A stretch of 64,000 nucleotides of DNA from an uncultured Gemmatimonadaceae bacterium (lineage in GTDB: Bacteria; Gemmatimonadota; Gemmatimonadetes; Gemmatimonadales; Gemmatimonadaceae). The position numbers and the translations under genes are program-made. The notes below the pieces were generated by a model that was not told where the DNA came from, did not search any database, and saw nothing but the letters and a program-made list of their open reading frames with translations. Positions 51,589 through 63,255 of the stretch are shown one piece after another (positions within the stretch are counted from its first letter, which is position 1; each line of letters starts with the position of its first letter). The stretch covers positions 768,001 to 832,000 of the forward strand of contig CAVXGK010000002.1 in NCBI GenBank assembly GCA_963761305.1, in the 5' to 3' direction.

Positions 51589-52062
51589 ATGGTGTATACG
51601 TTCCTTCTCGTCCTGCTGATCATCGACAGCATCCTGCTGGTCGCCGCGGTTCTGCTGCAGTCCGGTCAAGGCGGCGGGTTGGCCGCGTCGTTCGGCGGCG
51701 TCAGCAGCTCGACCAGCTCGTTCATGGGCACGCGCCAAGCCGGCAACCTGCTCACGAAGGCGAGCTGGTGGTGCGGCGGTCTCTTCCTCGGCTTGTCGTT
51801 CCTCCTTGCGATCGCTTCGACGCGCAGCCGCGCACCGAAGTCGGTTCTGGATCAGACGTTCCAGCCGCCTCCGGTTTCCGCTCCCGCTCCGGTGAACGCC
51901 GCGCCCGGCGGCGCCAACGCGGTCCCTGGTCTCGCTCCGGCGAACCCGGCTCCGACCGGCGCCGCGCCGACCACGCCGTCTGGCGCCAAGCCGACGACGA
52001 CGAATCCGAGCACGAAGACGCCCGCTCCGACGACGCCAAAGCCAGCCCCGAAAAAGCCGTGA
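51589..52062 (+). CDS. secG: Preprotein translocase subunit SecG with a Pro/Thr/Ala-rich tail
   Basis: [17 protein letters not shown]; follows tpiA. Confidence 0.93.
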   Translation: MVYTFLLVLLIIDSILLVAAVLLQSGQGGGLAASFGGVSSSTSSFMGTRQAGNLLTKASWWCGGLFLGLSFLLAIASTRSRAPKSVLDQTFQPPPVSAPAPVNAAPGGANAVPGLAPANPAPTGAAPTTPSGAKPTTTNPSTKTPAPTTPKPAPKKP

Positions 52063-52066
52063 GCGC

Positions 52067-53221
52067 GTGGTGAAGAGTTCGTCGAGCAACACTCCGGGGT
52101 TCCTTCTTCTCGAAGACGGAACCCTTTTTTCTGGCGAGCTGGCAACGCCGAGCGAGATGCCGACGGTCGCCGAAGTCGTGTTCACGACGAACATGAGCGG
52201 CTACCAGGAAGTGTTCACCGATCCGTCGTATCGGGGGCAGATCGTCGTCATGACCGCACCGATGATCGGCAACTACGGCGTCAACGCCGACGATCCCGAG
52301 TCGGCGAAGCCGCAAGTCGCCGGCGTCGTCGTACGCGAATTGTCTCGCATGTACTCCAACTGGCGCGCCGACGGCGACTTGCTCACGTGGCTCGAGCGCG
52401 CCGGAGTGCCCGCTCTCGAGGGCGTCGACACGCGCCGTCTCACTCGGCATCTCCGCAGCGTGGGCTCGATGCGCGGCGTCGTCGCGCGCGGAACGCAGCC
52501 GACGCGCGAGGCACTGCTGGCGCTCGACGCATGCCCGGCGATGGAGGGACTCGATCTCGCGTCAGTCGTGTCGACGCCGGACCGCTACGACTGGGGAAGC
52601 GCCGACGCGCCGTATCACATCGTCGCCTACGACTTCGGGATCAAGCGGAACATTCTCCGCCTGTTCGCCGAACATGGCTGTCGAGTGACGGTGGTCCCGG
52701 CGAAAACGACGGCCGAGGAAGCCCTCCAACTCGAGCCGAACGGCGTGTTTTTGTCGAACGGTCCTGGAGATCCGGCCGCAGTGGACTATGCGCCGGCGAT
52801 GGTGCAGAAGATCGCCGACTCGGGCGTTCCAATCTTCGGCATCTGCCTCGGCCATCAGATCCTGGGGCTGACTTACGGCGCCCACACGGTGAAGATGCCG
52901 TACGGCCATCGCGGCGGGAATCACCCCGTGAAGGACCTGGCGACCGGCCGAGTGCTGATCACCTCGCAGAACCACGGATTCGCCGTCGACGGGTCGGCAA
53001 GCGGGATTCCGGGGGCGCCGGAGCTGGAACTCACCCACGTGAACCTCAATGACGGGACGGTCGAGGGGTTGCGGCACCGAAACAAGCCCATCTTTGCCGT
53101 TCAGTATCATCCGGAAGCGGCCCCTGGGCCCCACGACGGCCGCCCGCTCTTCGACGAGTTCCTTGAAACAGTCCGTTCCCACGCTGGGCCGGCTGCGGCC
53201 TCAGGTGGTCCAACCTCTTGA
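52067..53221 (+). CDS. carA: Carbamoyl-phosphate synthase small subunit
   Basis: [27 protein letters not shown] and QYHPE motifs. Confidence 0.96.
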   Translation: MVKSSSSNTPGFLLLEDGTLFSGELATPSEMPTVAEVVFTTNMSGYQEVFTDPSYRGQIVVMTAPMIGNYGVNADDPESAKPQVAGVVVRELSRMYSNWRADGDLLTWLERAGVPALEGVDTRRLTRHLRSVGSMRGVVARGTQPTREALLALDACPAMEGLDLASVVSTPDRYDWGSADAPYHIVAYDFGIKRNILRLFAEHGCRVTVVPAKTTAEEALQLEPNGVFLSNGPGDPAAVDYAPAMVQKIADSGVPIFGICLGHQILGLTYGAHTVKMPYGHRGGNHPVKDLATGRVLITSQNHGFAVDGSASGIPGAPELELTHVNLNDGTVEGLRHRNKPIFAVQYHPEAAPGPHDGRPLFDEFLETVRSHAGPAAASGGPTS

Positions 53222-53247
53222 CACACAAGAGTTAACGGAGATAAGTT
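53218..53247 (+). promoter_or_regulatory. Promoter TTGACA-N18-TAAGTT for the HU gene, overlapped by a palindrome
   Basis: Box match; CTCTTG-ACACA-CAAGAG inverted repeat. Confidence 0.6.
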
Positions 53248-53293
53248 CGGTTTGTCTCCGCCACCCACGGGCGTCAGCACACTGAGGCATTCA

Positions 53294-53632
53294 ATGACCA
53301 AAGCCGACCTGGTCGAACGGGTCACAGCCCAGATCTCACGCACCGCTGGGCCGATGATCTCAAAGAAAGACTGCGCTCGAGTCGTGGATGCATTCCTCGA
53401 CTCGATCAAGGAAGCATTGCAAGCACAGAAGAACATTGAAGTTCGAGGCTTCGGGACGTTCAAGATCCGCCACCGCAAGACACGGATGGCGCGAAATCCG
53501 CGGACGGGCTCGCCTGTCGAGGTGTCCGCGCGACCGGTCCCGGTGTTCAAGCCATCGAAGGAACTGCGCGCGATGGTCGCCGGTCTGCCGCTCGACGAAA
53601 TGGATGACGAAGAGGAAATGACGGAGGCGTAA
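53294..53632 (+). CDS. HU/IHF family DNA-binding protein with an acidic tail
   Basis: MTKADL, RGFGTF, RNPRTG and FKPSKEL motifs. Confidence 0.95.
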   Translation: MTKADLVERVTAQISRTAGPMISKKDCARVVDAFLDSIKEALQAQKNIEVRGFGTFKIRHRKTRMARNPRTGSPVEVSARPVPVFKPSKELRAMVAGLPLDEMDDEEEMTEA

Positions 53633-53753
53633 GCACTTCGCCTTCACGACTTCGCGGCTCGACGCAACCACGGCGTCGGGCCGTTGTCGTCTCAGGTCGC
53701 TATGCTACGAGAAGCGCGCATCATTTCGGAGAAGCCATCGCACGCCTGATCGC

Positions 53754-53996
53754 ATGACCGTGACCGTGTTGCTCTTCGCGTCCTACGCCGACGCGCTCGG
53801 CGAACGAACGATCCCACTCGATCTCCCGAACGGCTCGACCGTCGGCGAGGCGTTGCGCCGCGTGCGCGAAATGGCTGGCGCGGCTCGACTTCCAGCGGAG
53901 CCGATGATCGCCGTGAACGAGGAGTACGCTCGAGCCGACCGCACGCTCGCGGCGGGTGACGAAATGGCGATCATTCCCCCGGTGGCGGGCGGCTGA
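53754..53996 (+). CDS. moaD: Molybdopterin synthase sulfur carrier
   Basis: C-terminal IPPVAGG. Confidence 0.93.
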   Translation: MTVTVLLFASYADALGERTIPLDLPNGSTVGEALRRVREMAGAARLPAEPMIAVNEEYARADRTLAAGDEMAIIPPVAGG

Positions 53997-54439
53997 TGCG
54001 AAGCGCGATCGTCGATCACGTCATCGATCCCGCGGCGCTTACCGTGGAAGTCGCCGGCGACGGCAACGGGGCGGAGATCCTCTTCTTGGGGACCGTGCGT
54101 GACTCGAACGACGGGCGCGGCGTGACGGGCATCGAGTACTCCGCCTATCGGTCGATGGCAGAACGCGAGCTGTCCTCGATCGTCGGCGAAGCGAGCGCCG
54201 AGTTCGGAACGACGGACGTCGTCGTCGAGCATCGCGTCGGGACGCTGACGGTCGGCGACGTGAGCGTGGCGATCGCCGTCGCGCATCCGCACCGTGCCGC
54301 CGCTTATGACGCAAGCCGTTACGTGATCGAGCAGATCAAACGACGCGTGCCGATCTGGAAGCGCGAGCACTACGCCGACGGGACGCGAGAGTGGGTCGAC
54401 CCGACCGTGCATCGCGCGACCGCCGAGGCGGCAGGCTGA
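53996..54439 (+). CDS. moaE: Molybdopterin synthase catalytic subunit
   Basis: FLGTVR, HRVG and PIWKRE motifs. Confidence 0.95.
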   Translation: MRSAIVDHVIDPAALTVEVAGDGNGAEILFLGTVRDSNDGRGVTGIEYSAYRSMAERELSSIVGEASAEFGTTDVVVEHRVGTLTVGDVSVAIAVAHPHRAAAYDASRYVIEQIKRRVPIWKREHYADGTREWVDPTVHRATAEAAG

Positions 54440-55425
54440 TGCAGCCTCAGCGCTCGCTCGACCAGTTCGGACGGAGCATCGAGTATCTGCGGATCTCGGT
54501 GACGGACCGCTGCAACTTCCGCTGCCTGTACTGCATGCCGGCCGAGGGCCTCGCGTGGCTGCCCAAGGCGGACATCCTGTCGTACGAAGAGATAACGGAG
54601 GTCGTCCGGCAGCTCGCGCCGCTCGGGCTGCGTCGGTTGCGCGTGACCGGCGGCGAGCCGACGATCCGGCCCCAGATCCACGAATTGATTCGCATGCTGC
54701 GCGCGGTGCCGGAGATCGAGGACATCGCGATCTCCACGAATGGGGCGCGGCTGCCGGAGATCGCGGAGACGCTCCGCGAGTGCGGGCTCGACCGCGTCAA
54801 CATGAGCGTCGACAGTCTGCGCGCGGATCGCATCGCGAACATCGCGCGACGAAACCTCAGGTTTGATCCGGTTCGCGCCGCGTTGGCCGCACAAGCCGCC
54901 GGCCTCGACCCCATCAAGCTCAACGTGGTCGTGATGCGCGGCATCAACGACGACGAGATACTCGACCTCGCGCGTCTCACGCTCGAGCACCCGTGGCACG
55001 TGCGATTCATCGAGCTGATGCCGGTCGGCGACATGCGCGAGCTGACGTGGGAGCACATCGTGCCCAGCGACGAGATCCTCTCGCGACTCGGCGACATCGC
55101 GCCGCTCACACCGACATCAGGTCCGGCGCGCGGCAACGGACCGGCGGCGTACTATACCTGGCCTGGCGCGCCGGGAACGATCGGCGTCATCACGCCGATG
55201 ACGCATACGTACTGCGCGTCGTGCAACAAGGTGCGGCTGACGGCCGACGGTCGTTTGCGCACGTGCCTCTTCGGGGATCATGAAGTGGATCTCCGGTCGC
55301 CGCTGCGCTCGGGCCTGCCGCTCGCGCCGTTCTTCCGCGACGCGCTGGCCAACAAGCCGAAGGAGCACGAGTTGCTGCAGATGCAGGTCGGTGGACTGCG
55401 CGCGCTCTCGCAAGTCGGCGGCTGA
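54439..55425 (+). CDS. moaA: GTP 3',8-cyclase
   Basis: [18 protein letters not shown] and C-terminal GG. Confidence 0.97.
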   Translation: MQPQRSLDQFGRSIEYLRISVTDRCNFRCLYCMPAEGLAWLPKADILSYEEITEVVRQLAPLGLRRLRVTGGEPTIRPQIHELIRMLRAVPEIEDIAISTNGARLPEIAETLRECGLDRVNMSVDSLRADRIANIARRNLRFDPVRAALAAQAAGLDPIKLNVVVMRGINDDEILDLARLTLEHPWHVRFIELMPVGDMRELTWEHIVPSDEILSRLGDIAPLTPTSGPARGNGPAAYYTWPGAPGTIGVITPMTHTYCASCNKVRLTADGRLRTCLFGDHEVDLRSPLRSGLPLAPFFRDALANKPKEHELLQMQVGGLRALSQVGG

Positions 55426-55514
55426 GCGCTCCACGCCGGACCACGCTACAACGACCGAACCGGGCGTCTTACCTTTCGCTGCGGGTACTCACTTCACAGC
55501 GAAGACTCACTGAC

Positions 55515-56444
55515 ATGGTCAACAAGATTACGGTCGTCGGTGCCGGCAATGTCGGCGCGACGACCGCGCAGCGTGTGGCGGAGAAGGAGCTGGCGCGCAC
55601 GGTCGTGATGGTCGACGTCGTCGAGGGAATCCCGCAGGGGAAAGGCCTCGACCAGTGGCAGTCGGCGCCGATCGAAGGTTTCGACTCGCGAATCATCGGC
55701 ACGAACGGCTACGAGGAGACGGCCGGCTCGGACCTCGTCATCATCACAGCCGGCATCGCACGCAAGCCCGGCATGTCGCGCGACGACCTGCTCAACACCA
55801 ACGCCGGCATCGTCAAGCAGGTCGCCGAGCAGATCAAGGCGACGTCGCCCAAGGCGATCGTGATCGTCGTGTCCAACCCGCTCGACGTGATGTGCTACGT
55901 GGCGAAGGAAGTCACCGGCTTTCCGCGCGAGCGTGTGATCGGCATGGCGGGCGTGCTCGACACCGCGCGCTTCCGCGGGTTTCTCGCCGAAGCAGCCGAC
56001 GTCTCCGTGCGCGACATTCAGGCGATGGTGCTCGGCGGCCACGGCGACACGATGGTTCCGCTCATCTCATACACGTCGGTGAGTGGCATTCCGATCACGC
56101 AGCTGATCGACAAGGCCAAGCTCGACGCGATCGTCGATCGCACGCGCAATGGCGGCGCCGAGATCGTCAAGCATCTCAAGACCGGCTCGGCGTACTACGC
56201 GCCGTCGGCCGGCGCGGTGCAGATGGCCGAGGCGATCGTGAAGGACCAGCGCCGCATCCTGCCATGCGCGGCGTGGCTCGAGGGCGAGTACGGCATGAAG
56301 GGGCTCTTCCTCGGCGTGCCGTGCAAGCTGGGCCACGGCGGTCTGCAGAAGGTGATCGAGGTCGAGCTCACCGCCGACGAGCGCGCCGCGTTGGCGAAGA
56401 GCGCCGAGGCCGTGCGTGAGCCGATGAGCGCCGTAAAGCTGTGA
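55515..56444 (+). CDS. mdh: Malate dehydrogenase (LDH-like)
   Basis: [16 protein letters not shown] and GGHGD motifs. Confidence 0.97.
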   Translation: MVNKITVVGAGNVGATTAQRVAEKELARTVVMVDVVEGIPQGKGLDQWQSAPIEGFDSRIIGTNGYEETAGSDLVIITAGIARKPGMSRDDLLNTNAGIVKQVAEQIKATSPKAIVIVVSNPLDVMCYVAKEVTGFPRERVIGMAGVLDTARFRGFLAEAADVSVRDIQAMVLGGHGDTMVPLISYTSVSGIPITQLIDKAKLDAIVDRTRNGGAEIVKHLKTGSAYYAPSAGAVQMAEAIVKDQRRILPCAAWLEGEYGMKGLFLGVPCKLGHGGLQKVIEVELTADERAALAKSAEAVREPMSAVKL

Positions 56445-56471
56445 TGTCGCCGCTCTAGCTGTAGAGCCGTT

Positions 56472-56494
56472 CCGGCCGATCGCCGATCGGCCGG
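56472..56494. other. Perfect 10-bp GC hairpin between mdh and sdhC, without a U-tract
   Basis: CCGGCCGATC-GCC-GATCGGCCGG. Confidence 0.6.
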
Positions 56495-56514
56495 CAGACG
56501 CAAGCCGGTCACAG

Positions 56515-57195
56515 ATGTCGCTTGGAACGTTCTATCGCTCGACGATCGGAAAGAAGGTGATCATGGGCATCACGGGGCTGATTGGCATCGGCTTCGTGAT
56601 CGTCCATGTCGCCGGCAATCTCCAGGCGTTCGAGGGAGCGTCGAAGCTCAACGCGTACAGCGCCGCGCTGCATGGGCCGCTCAACGAGCTGCTGTGGGTC
56701 CTGCGCGTCGCGCTGCTGGCCGCGGTGATTCTGCACGTGACGATGGCGTATCAGCTCACGCGACGCACGGCTGCCGCGCGCCCCATCGGGTACGAACATC
56801 GCGAGCCGCAGGTGTCGACGCTCGCCGCGCGCACGATGAAGTGGGGCGGAGTGCTGCTGCTCGTCTTCCTCGTCTTTCACATCCTGCATTTCACCACCGA
56901 GACGTTCGACCCCGGCCACGCGGCCGGCATGGTCGACATGCACGGCGACCACGACGTCTATGCCAACATCGTGGCGAGCTTCCACGTGTGGTGGGTCGCG
57001 GCGTTTTACATCGTCGCGATGATCGCCCTGGGAATGCACTTGTACCATGGCGCGTGGAGCTCGATCCGCACGCTCGGCTACGCCCAGGCGTCGAACCATC
57101 CATTGCACCGCCGAATCGCGCTCGTCGTCGCCGTCGGCGTGTGGCTCGGCTTCACCCTCGTTCCCGTCGGCGTGATCGTCGGCGTGATTCACTGA
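56515..57195 (+). CDS. sdhC: Succinate dehydrogenase cytochrome b subunit (b558 type)
   Basis: IGKKVIMGITG, heme-ligand His residues and five TM helices; operon context. Confidence 0.93.
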   Translation: MSLGTFYRSTIGKKVIMGITGLIGIGFVIVHVAGNLQAFEGASKLNAYSAALHGPLNELLWVLRVALLAAVILHVTMAYQLTRRTAAARPIGYEHREPQVSTLAARTMKWGGVLLLVFLVFHILHFTTETFDPGHAAGMVDMHGDHDVYANIVASFHVWWVAAFYIVAMIALGMHLYHGAWSSIRTLGYAQASNHPLHRRIALVVAVGVWLGFTLVPVGVIVGVIH

Positions 57196-57216
57196 GCGGG
57201 CCGATGGCCGACTTCA

Positions 57217-59136
57217 ATGGCTGACTTCAATGCGAAGGTGCCGAGCGGTCCGCTCGAGAGAAAGTGGGAGAAACACCGCTTCGAGATGAAGCTGGTGAAC
57301 CCCGCGAACAAGCGGAAATACACCGTCATCGTGGTCGGGTCGGGATTGGCCGGCGCATCGGCGGCCGCATCGCTGAGCGAGTTGGGCTACAACGTCCATT
57401 GCTTCTGCTTTCAGGATTCGCCGCGGCGCGCGCACAGCATCGCCGCGCAGGGCGGAATCAACGCGGCGAAGAACTACCAGAACGACGGCGACAGCGTTTT
57501 TCGCCTCTTCTACGACACGATCAAGGGCGGCGACTTTCGCGCGCGCGAAGCGAACGTGTACCGCCTCGCCGAAGTGAGCGTGAACATCATCGACCAGTGC
57601 GTCGCGCAGGGCGTGCCGTTCGCGCGCGAGTACGGCGGACTGCTGGCGAATCGCTCGTTCGGCGGTGCGCAGGTGTCACGCACGTTCTACGCGCGCGGGC
57701 AAACCGGCCAGCAGCTGCTCCTCGGCGCGTACCAGGCGCTCGAGAAGGAGATCGCGAAGGGCGGCGTCACGATGTTCCCGCGCACCGAGATGCTCGATCT
57801 CGTCGTCGTGAACGGCCGCGCACGTGGCATCGTGACGCGCGACATGGTCACCGGCGCGATCGAGACGCACGTCGCCGACGCCGTCATCCTCGGCACGGGT
57901 GGCTACGGCAACGTCTACTATCTGTCCACCAATGCCAAGGGATCGAACGTCACAGCGATCTGGCGCGCGTACAAGCGCGGCGCGGCGTTCGCGAATCCCT
58001 GTTTCACGCAGATCCACCCCACCTGCATTCCGGTGAGCGGCGAGCATCAGTCGAAGCTCACGCTGATGAGCGAGTCGCTGCGAAACGACGGCCGCGTGTG
58101 GGTGCCGAAGCGCAAGGAAGATTGCGCCAAGCCGCCGAACCAGATCCCCGAAGGCGACCGCGACTACTTCCTCGAGCGAAAGTATCCGGCGTTCGGCAAT
58201 CTCTCGCCGCGCGACATCGCGTCGCGCGCCGCGAAGGAAGTATGCGACGAGGGGCGGGGCGTGGGACCCGGCGGGCGCGGCGTCTATCTCGACTTCGCCG
58301 ACGCCATCAAGCGGCTCGGCCGGCAAACGATCGAAGATCGCTACGGCAATCTGTTCGAGATGTACGAACGCATCACCGACGAGAATCCGTACGAAGTGCC
58401 GATGCGCATCTATCCGGCCGTGCATTACACCATGGGCGGACTCTGGGTGGACTACAACCTGATGAGCAACGTCCCCGGCCTGCACGTGATCGGCGAAGCG
58501 AACTTCTCCGACCACGGCGCGAACCGGCTCGGCGCCAGCGCGCTGATGCAAGGACTAGCCGACGGCTACTTCGTCGTGCCGCTCACGATCGGCGACTATC
58601 TCGGATCGACGAAGCTCGAGCGCGTCGCCGACGACAACGCCGAGGTGCGCGCCACGGAAGAGGCGGTTCGCGAACGCACGTCGCGGCTGCTCGCGGTGAG
58701 GGGAAGCCGCACGGTCGCGTCGATCCATCGCGAGCTCGGCAAGCTGATGTGGGAGTACTGCGGCATGGCGCGCGACGCGGCCGGACTCAAGACGGCGCTC
58801 GCCGAGATTCCCAGGTTGCGCGACGAATTCTGGCACGACGTGCGCGTGCCGGGCACCGGCGCCGAGTTGAATCAATCGCTCGAATACGCGGGACGCGTCG
58901 CCGACTTCCTCGAGCTCGCCGAGTTGATGTGCGTCGACGCGCTCGACCGCGAGGAGTCGTGCGGTGCTCATTTTCGAGTGGAGCATCAGACGCCCGAGGG
59001 CGAAGCGTTGCGCGACGACGAACGCTTCACCTACGTCGCGGCGTGGGAGTACGCGGGAGAAGGGAAGCCGCCCGCGCTCAGGAAGGAGCCGCTCGTGTTC
59101 GAGAACGTCCACCTGTCTCAACGCTCGTACAAATAG
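57217..59136 (+). CDS. sdhA: Succinate dehydrogenase/fumarate reductase flavoprotein
   Basis: [20 protein letters not shown] and HGANRLG motifs. Confidence 0.97.
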   Translation: MADFNAKVPSGPLERKWEKHRFEMKLVNPANKRKYTVIVVGSGLAGASAAASLSELGYNVHCFCFQDSPRRAHSIAAQGGINAAKNYQNDGDSVFRLFYDTIKGGDFRAREANVYRLAEVSVNIIDQCVAQGVPFAREYGGLLANRSFGGAQVSRTFYARGQTGQQLLLGAYQALEKEIAKGGVTMFPRTEMLDLVVVNGRARGIVTRDMVTGAIETHVADAVILGTGGYGNVYYLSTNAKGSNVTAIWRAYKRGAAFANPCFTQIHPTCIPVSGEHQSKLTLMSESLRNDGRVWVPKRKEDCAKPPNQIPEGDRDYFLERKYPAFGNLSPRDIASRAAKEVCDEGRGVGPGGRGVYLDFADAIKRLGRQTIEDRYGNLFEMYERITDENPYEVPMRIYPAVHYTMGGLWVDYNLMSNVPGLHVIGEANFSDHGANRLGASALMQGLADGYFVVPLTIGDYLGSTKLERVADDNAEVRATEEAVRERTSRLLAVRGSRTVASIHRELGKLMWEYCGMARDAAGLKTALAEIPRLRDEFWHDVRVPGTGAELNQSLEYAGRVADFLELAELMCVDALDREESCGAHFRVEHQTPEGEALRDDERFTYVAAWEYAGEGKPPALRKEPLVFENVHLSQRSYK

Positions 59137-59153
59137 GAGGCGCGCGGCTCATC

Positions 59154-59927
59154 ATGCACGTGACTCTCTTCGTGTGGCGACAGGCCGGCCCCGACGTGCC
59201 GGGCGGGATGCAGCGCTACGACACCGACGACGTCAGCCCGGACATGTCGTTCCTCGAGATGCTCGACGTCGTGAACGAATCGCTCATTACCAAGGGCGAA
59301 CAGCCGATCGCGTTCGACCACGACTGCCGCGAGGGCATCTGCGGTTCGTGCGGGATGATGATCAACGGCGTCGCGCACGGTCCGATGAAAGGCACGGCAA
59401 CCTGCCAGCTCCACATGCGGAGCTTCGCCGACGGCGCGACGATCGACGTGGAACCGTGGCGGTCGCGCGCGTTCCCGGTGATCAAGGACCTCGTCGTGAA
59501 CCGCGGCGCGTTCGACCGGATCATCGCCGCCGGTGGCTTCATCACGGCGCCGACGGGTGCGGCCCAGGACGCGAACAACATTCAGGTCGCCAAACAGGCG
59601 TCGGATTCCGCGATGGACGCCGCGGCGTGCATCGGCTGCGGCGCCTGCGTCGCGGCGTGCCCGAACGGCTCGGCCTCCCTGTTCACCGCCGCGAAGATCG
59701 CGCATCTTGGGCTTCTCCCGCAGGGCCAGCCCGAGCGCTCGCGTCGCGCGCTGCGCATGGTGGCGGAGATGGACGCCGAGGGGTTCGGCCACTGCACGCT
59801 GTACGGCGAGTGCCAGGAGGCGTGCCCCAAGGAAATCAGCATCGACACGATCGCGCGGATGAACCACGACTATCTGGCCGCGACGATTACCCACCGCGAG
59901 GAGCGCGCCCAGGCGGGCACCGGATGA
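59154..59927 (+). CDS. sdhB: Succinate dehydrogenase/fumarate reductase Fe-S subunit
   Basis: [20 protein letters not shown] and CPK motifs. Confidence 0.96.
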   Translation: MHVTLFVWRQAGPDVPGGMQRYDTDDVSPDMSFLEMLDVVNESLITKGEQPIAFDHDCREGICGSCGMMINGVAHGPMKGTATCQLHMRSFADGATIDVEPWRSRAFPVIKDLVVNRGAFDRIIAAGGFITAPTGAAQDANNIQVAKQASDSAMDAAACIGCGACVAACPNGSASLFTAAKIAHLGLLPQGQPERSRRALRMVAEMDAEGFGHCTLYGECQEACPKEISIDTIARMNHDYLAATITHREERAQAGTG

Positions 59928-60114
59928 CGCCCCCGCCGCCGGCCTGCCGCCCGGAGTCGGGAAAAGGGCCGAGAGATTGAACATTCGTATCCCGGAATGC
60001 ACCTTGTCGGAAGCACTGGGACGCGCAGGCACGACCGTCACGATCAGATGCACGGTGCGGCGGTGAGCGAGGAAGCCGAGTACTTGGAGTCATCGACTCG
60101 CGGAGGCGCGACCG

Positions 60115-62214
60115 ATGAAAGACTCGTCCCGCAAGAGATCCGCGAACGACCGCTCGGCGGCGGCGCACGGAAGGAAGCCTCGTAACCGTCCTCGCGACGC
60201 CGGGCGCGTGGCGCGCGACGTCGGCGGATCGACGTTGGCGCGAGTCAGCGCCGCCCTCCTCGCACTCGCCTGCGTCCTCCCGCTCGCGGTGTCGGAGAAC
60301 CGATATCCGGGGCAGGTGCTCGCCTACTGGCTGCTCGGCGGACTGGTCGTCGGCGCGGCGTTCGCCGTCGGCGCGCGGACCGGACGCGACGCGGTGCTCG
60401 ATCTTCCCGCGCGGTCGGCGCGCCTCCTCATGCGAACGCCGCCGGTCCTCTTCGCGCTGATCGTCGCCGCGGCCGCCACCGGGCTGAGTCTGTTCTTCGC
60501 GCGGTACGCGTTCGGAACTTCGGCGAGCACGCCCGACGAGATTGCCCAACTCTGGCATGCGAAGATTCTGCTGCACGGCCGGTTGTCGCTCCCGGTCGAT
60601 GCGAACCGCGAGTTCTTCGGCCTCGAAACGGTCGTCGACGTCGGGCGTTGGTATTCACAGTTTCCAATCGGCGGACCGTTGGCGATGGTGCCGGGCGCAT
60701 TCGTCGGCGCGCCGTGGTTGGTGAATCCCGTTCTCCTCGGGATTTCGACGATCATGCTCTACGTCTTCGCCCGGCGAGCCTACGGTGAAGTGCAAGGACG
60801 CGCTATCGCCGCGCTCTTCGCCGTCGCGCCGATGGTGCTCATGCTCGCCGGCACGTGGATGAACCACGTCCCGGTCCTCTTTCTGACGACGACCGCGCTC
60901 GCGCTGGTCGTCGCCTGGGAACGATCGACGTCGACGCTGCGCTCGGGCTCGTTCGCCGTGGCGATCGGCCTCGCAGTGGGACTCATCGCGACCATCCGGC
61001 CGCTCGACGCCGTCTCCGTCGCCGTCGCCATCGGCGTATTTCAGATCTCGGTGGCGTGGACGGCGCGGGCGAAGTGGCGCGACCTGCCCGGTGAGATCGC
61101 CGGCGGCTTTCTCGGCGCGCTACCACTCCTGCTGGCGAATCATGCCACGACGGGCAGCGCGTTTCGATTCGGCTACGACGTGCTCTGGGGGACGGGCCAC
61201 CGCGTTGGATTTCACTCGGATCCGTACGGCAACACGCACACGCTGGGTCGCGGACTCGATCTCGCGACGACCTACGTGGGCGAGCTGAACATGTTCCTGC
61301 TCGCCTGGCCGGTCCCGGCGATTCTCGTCGCCGTGGTCACACTGCTCGCGGCGCGACGACTCTCGCGATGGGACGGACTGGTCCTCGCGCTGCTCGGCGC
61401 GCAGTTGGCGGCGTACGGCGCATACTGGGGCGAGGGGGAATTCCTCGGCCCGCGTTTTCTCTACACGGCGCTCCCCGCGCTGGTGGTGCTCATCGCGCGT
61501 GCGCCGTTCGTACTCGCCGAGCGATTCGATCGACGAGTCTTGCGAGGCGCGGTTGCGAGTGTGCTGGCGTGTCTGGCCATCGCGTGGCTCGTTCCCGGCT
61601 TGCCGTTCAGCGTGCTCGGTCTCGCCACACAAGCGCGAAACGCGCGGCAAACGCTCAAGGTCGACATCGCCGGCGCGGTGAGGGACGCCAACGTGCACCA
61701 CGCCGTCGTGTTTCTCCGCGAACCGTTCACCATGCGACTGGCGCGCCGGCTGTGGGGAGTCGGCATGACGCGGAGCGACGCCGCCCGACTCATCGCGGGC
61801 AACGACGCCTGTTCCATTCTCATGGCGATCCGTTCCGCCGAAGGGGACTCGGATCGATCGCCGAGTCGGATGGTGACCCTGCGCGCGGCCGTCGTCCCGC
61901 TCGCCAGGCCCGCGCAGCAGGGTTCGGTTGGAGGGAGTCAGGTACACCTCGCATCGCGCGCGTCGATCACGCCGGAGTGTCAATCCGAGCTGGACGCGGA
62001 CCGGCGATTGGGTGGCGCGCCGTTTGGTCCCATGCTGCCGCTGGAAGAGATCGGAGCCGACGGTCGTATCGGTGGCGGCGACGTGGTCTACGCAGCAGAC
62101 CTCGGCGACCGCAACGAGCAGCTTCGCGCCAGGTTCGGCGATCGCCGCTGGTATCGCGTGGCGCTCCGTCCGGTTGGGCGCGGGCGACTTCGCGCAACGG
62201 TGTCACCATATTAG
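60115..62214 (+). CDS. Polytopic membrane glycosyltransferase (GT-C/ArnT-PMT-like)
   Basis: Many TM helices; loop TPDE, YSQFPIG, TIRPLD and GPRF motifs. Confidence 0.7.
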   Translation: MKDSSRKRSANDRSAAAHGRKPRNRPRDAGRVARDVGGSTLARVSAALLALACVLPLAVSENRYPGQVLAYWLLGGLVVGAAFAVGARTGRDAVLDLPARSARLLMRTPPVLFALIVAAAATGLSLFFARYAFGTSASTPDEIAQLWHAKILLHGRLSLPVDANREFFGLETVVDVGRWYSQFPIGGPLAMVPGAFVGAPWLVNPVLLGISTIMLYVFARRAYGEVQGRAIAALFAVAPMVLMLAGTWMNHVPVLFLTTTALALVVAWERSTSTLRSGSFAVAIGLAVGLIATIRPLDAVSVAVAIGVFQISVAWTARAKWRDLPGEIAGGFLGALPLLLANHATTGSAFRFGYDVLWGTGHRVGFHSDPYGNTHTLGRGLDLATTYVGELNMFLLAWPVPAILVAVVTLLAARRLSRWDGLVLALLGAQLAAYGAYWGEGEFLGPRFLYTALPALVVLIARAPFVLAERFDRRVLRGAVASVLACLAIAWLVPGLPFSVLGLATQARNARQTLKVDIAGAVRDANVHHAVVFLREPFTMRLARRLWGVGMTRSDAARLIAGNDACSILMAIRSAEGDSDRSPSRMVTLRAAVVPLARPAQQGSVGGSQVHLASRASITPECQSELDADRRLGGAPFGPMLPLEEIGADGRIGGGDVVYAADLGDRNEQLRARFGDRRWYRVALRPVGRGRLRATVSPY

Positions 62215-62296
62215 GCTGCGTGCGCGGCCGCGAGCTTGTGAACCTTTCGCCGCCTCGATCGTAAGAGAACGAACCCATGGAAACGTGGAGCTACCT

Positions 62297-63214
62297 GTGA
62301 CGCACTCGATTCGACGCGGCGCGCTGCGCCCGACGGTCGCCGCGATGCTTGTTTCGCTCGTCGGCGCGCCGTCGATGTTCGCGCAGATGCCGATGAAGGA
62401 GCGCGTGGCGGGAATGGATGACGGCACGACCCTGTCCGCCAAGGCAAAATTGGAAATCGACAGCGTGACAAAGGCCACGCTGCCGCTCGGCGCGAGCGGC
62501 GCGGCGGCGAGCGCGGGATTCCAGCCCGTCTTTGGTTGGATTCCCACCATGGGCGTGCACTGGGTCGACGAAACGCGCATGGTGAAGGCCAAACAGAGCG
62601 ACATCGCCGCGCCCGACAACCTCATGTTCTCGAGAATTGCCGGAAAGGATTCGCTGGTCGGTGCCGCGTACGCGTACCTCGCGCCAGTGTCCGATACCTC
62701 GAGGCCGAAGCTGTTCGACGGCGCGCCGCCGTGGCACGAGCACCAGAACCTGGCGCCGCCAGGACAGACGCTCGTCATGCTGCACGTCTGGTTCGTGCCA
62801 TCGCCCGACGGTCCGTTCGCCGGAACGAATCCGAATCTGCCGTTCTGGGCCGCCGGCCTCGACGCGCCGGACGCGTCGCGCATGCACGAGCCGGCGTTCA
62901 ACGTGCGCGTACGACAAGCCTCGCTCGCCTTGTCGGAAGTCGTCGACACGACGGCGATCTTTCCAAATCTCGAATCACGGATCGCGCTGCGCGCCGTGCT
63001 GGTGCCGCGCCGCGATTCTGTGCGCGCGCTGATTCCACAGATGCTCGCTGCGCAGCAAGCGCACGACGCGGCGCAATGGGATCGAATCGCCGACCGGCTG
63101 GCGAATCAATGGAAGGCGATGGAGACGGCCTATTACGAGAGTGCACTGACGCCGGGGGGCCGAGAGCGCATGGAACGCTTCGTCGCGATGCTCATGGGCG
63201 AGCACGTGCACTAG
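62297..63214 (+). CDS. Secreted His-motif protein of unknown function
   Basis: GGAG Shine-Dalgarno before GTG 62297; signal peptide; MGVHW, WHEH and MLHVW..PSPDGPF motifs. Confidence 0.72.
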   Translation: MTHSIRRGALRPTVAAMLVSLVGAPSMFAQMPMKERVAGMDDGTTLSAKAKLEIDSVTKATLPLGASGAAASAGFQPVFGWIPTMGVHWVDETRMVKAKQSDIAAPDNLMFSRIAGKDSLVGAAYAYLAPVSDTSRPKLFDGAPPWHEHQNLAPPGQTLVMLHVWFVPSPDGPFAGTNPNLPFWAAGLDAPDASRMHEPAFNVRVRQASLALSEVVDTTAIFPNLESRIALRAVLVPRRDSVRALIPQMLAAQQAHDAAQWDRIADRLANQWKAMETAYYESALTPGGRERMERFVAMLMGEHVH

Positions 63215-63215
63215 G

Positions 63216-63255
63216 TCTTGACCAGTGGACCGGTCCACCGGTTCACCCCTCCACT
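63216..63255. repeat. GGTGGACC-type octamer hairpin between convergent genes
   Basis: AGTGGACC GGTCCACC GGTTCACC. Confidence 0.6.

Noticed and set aside
57264..59927. 887-aa ORF apparently fusing an unknown domain to SdhB (likewise 1353-3296 for PhoH and 35469-38051)
   Set aside because: The upstream part is an off-frame shadow of the preceding gene. The true starts are 59154, 2325 and 36123.
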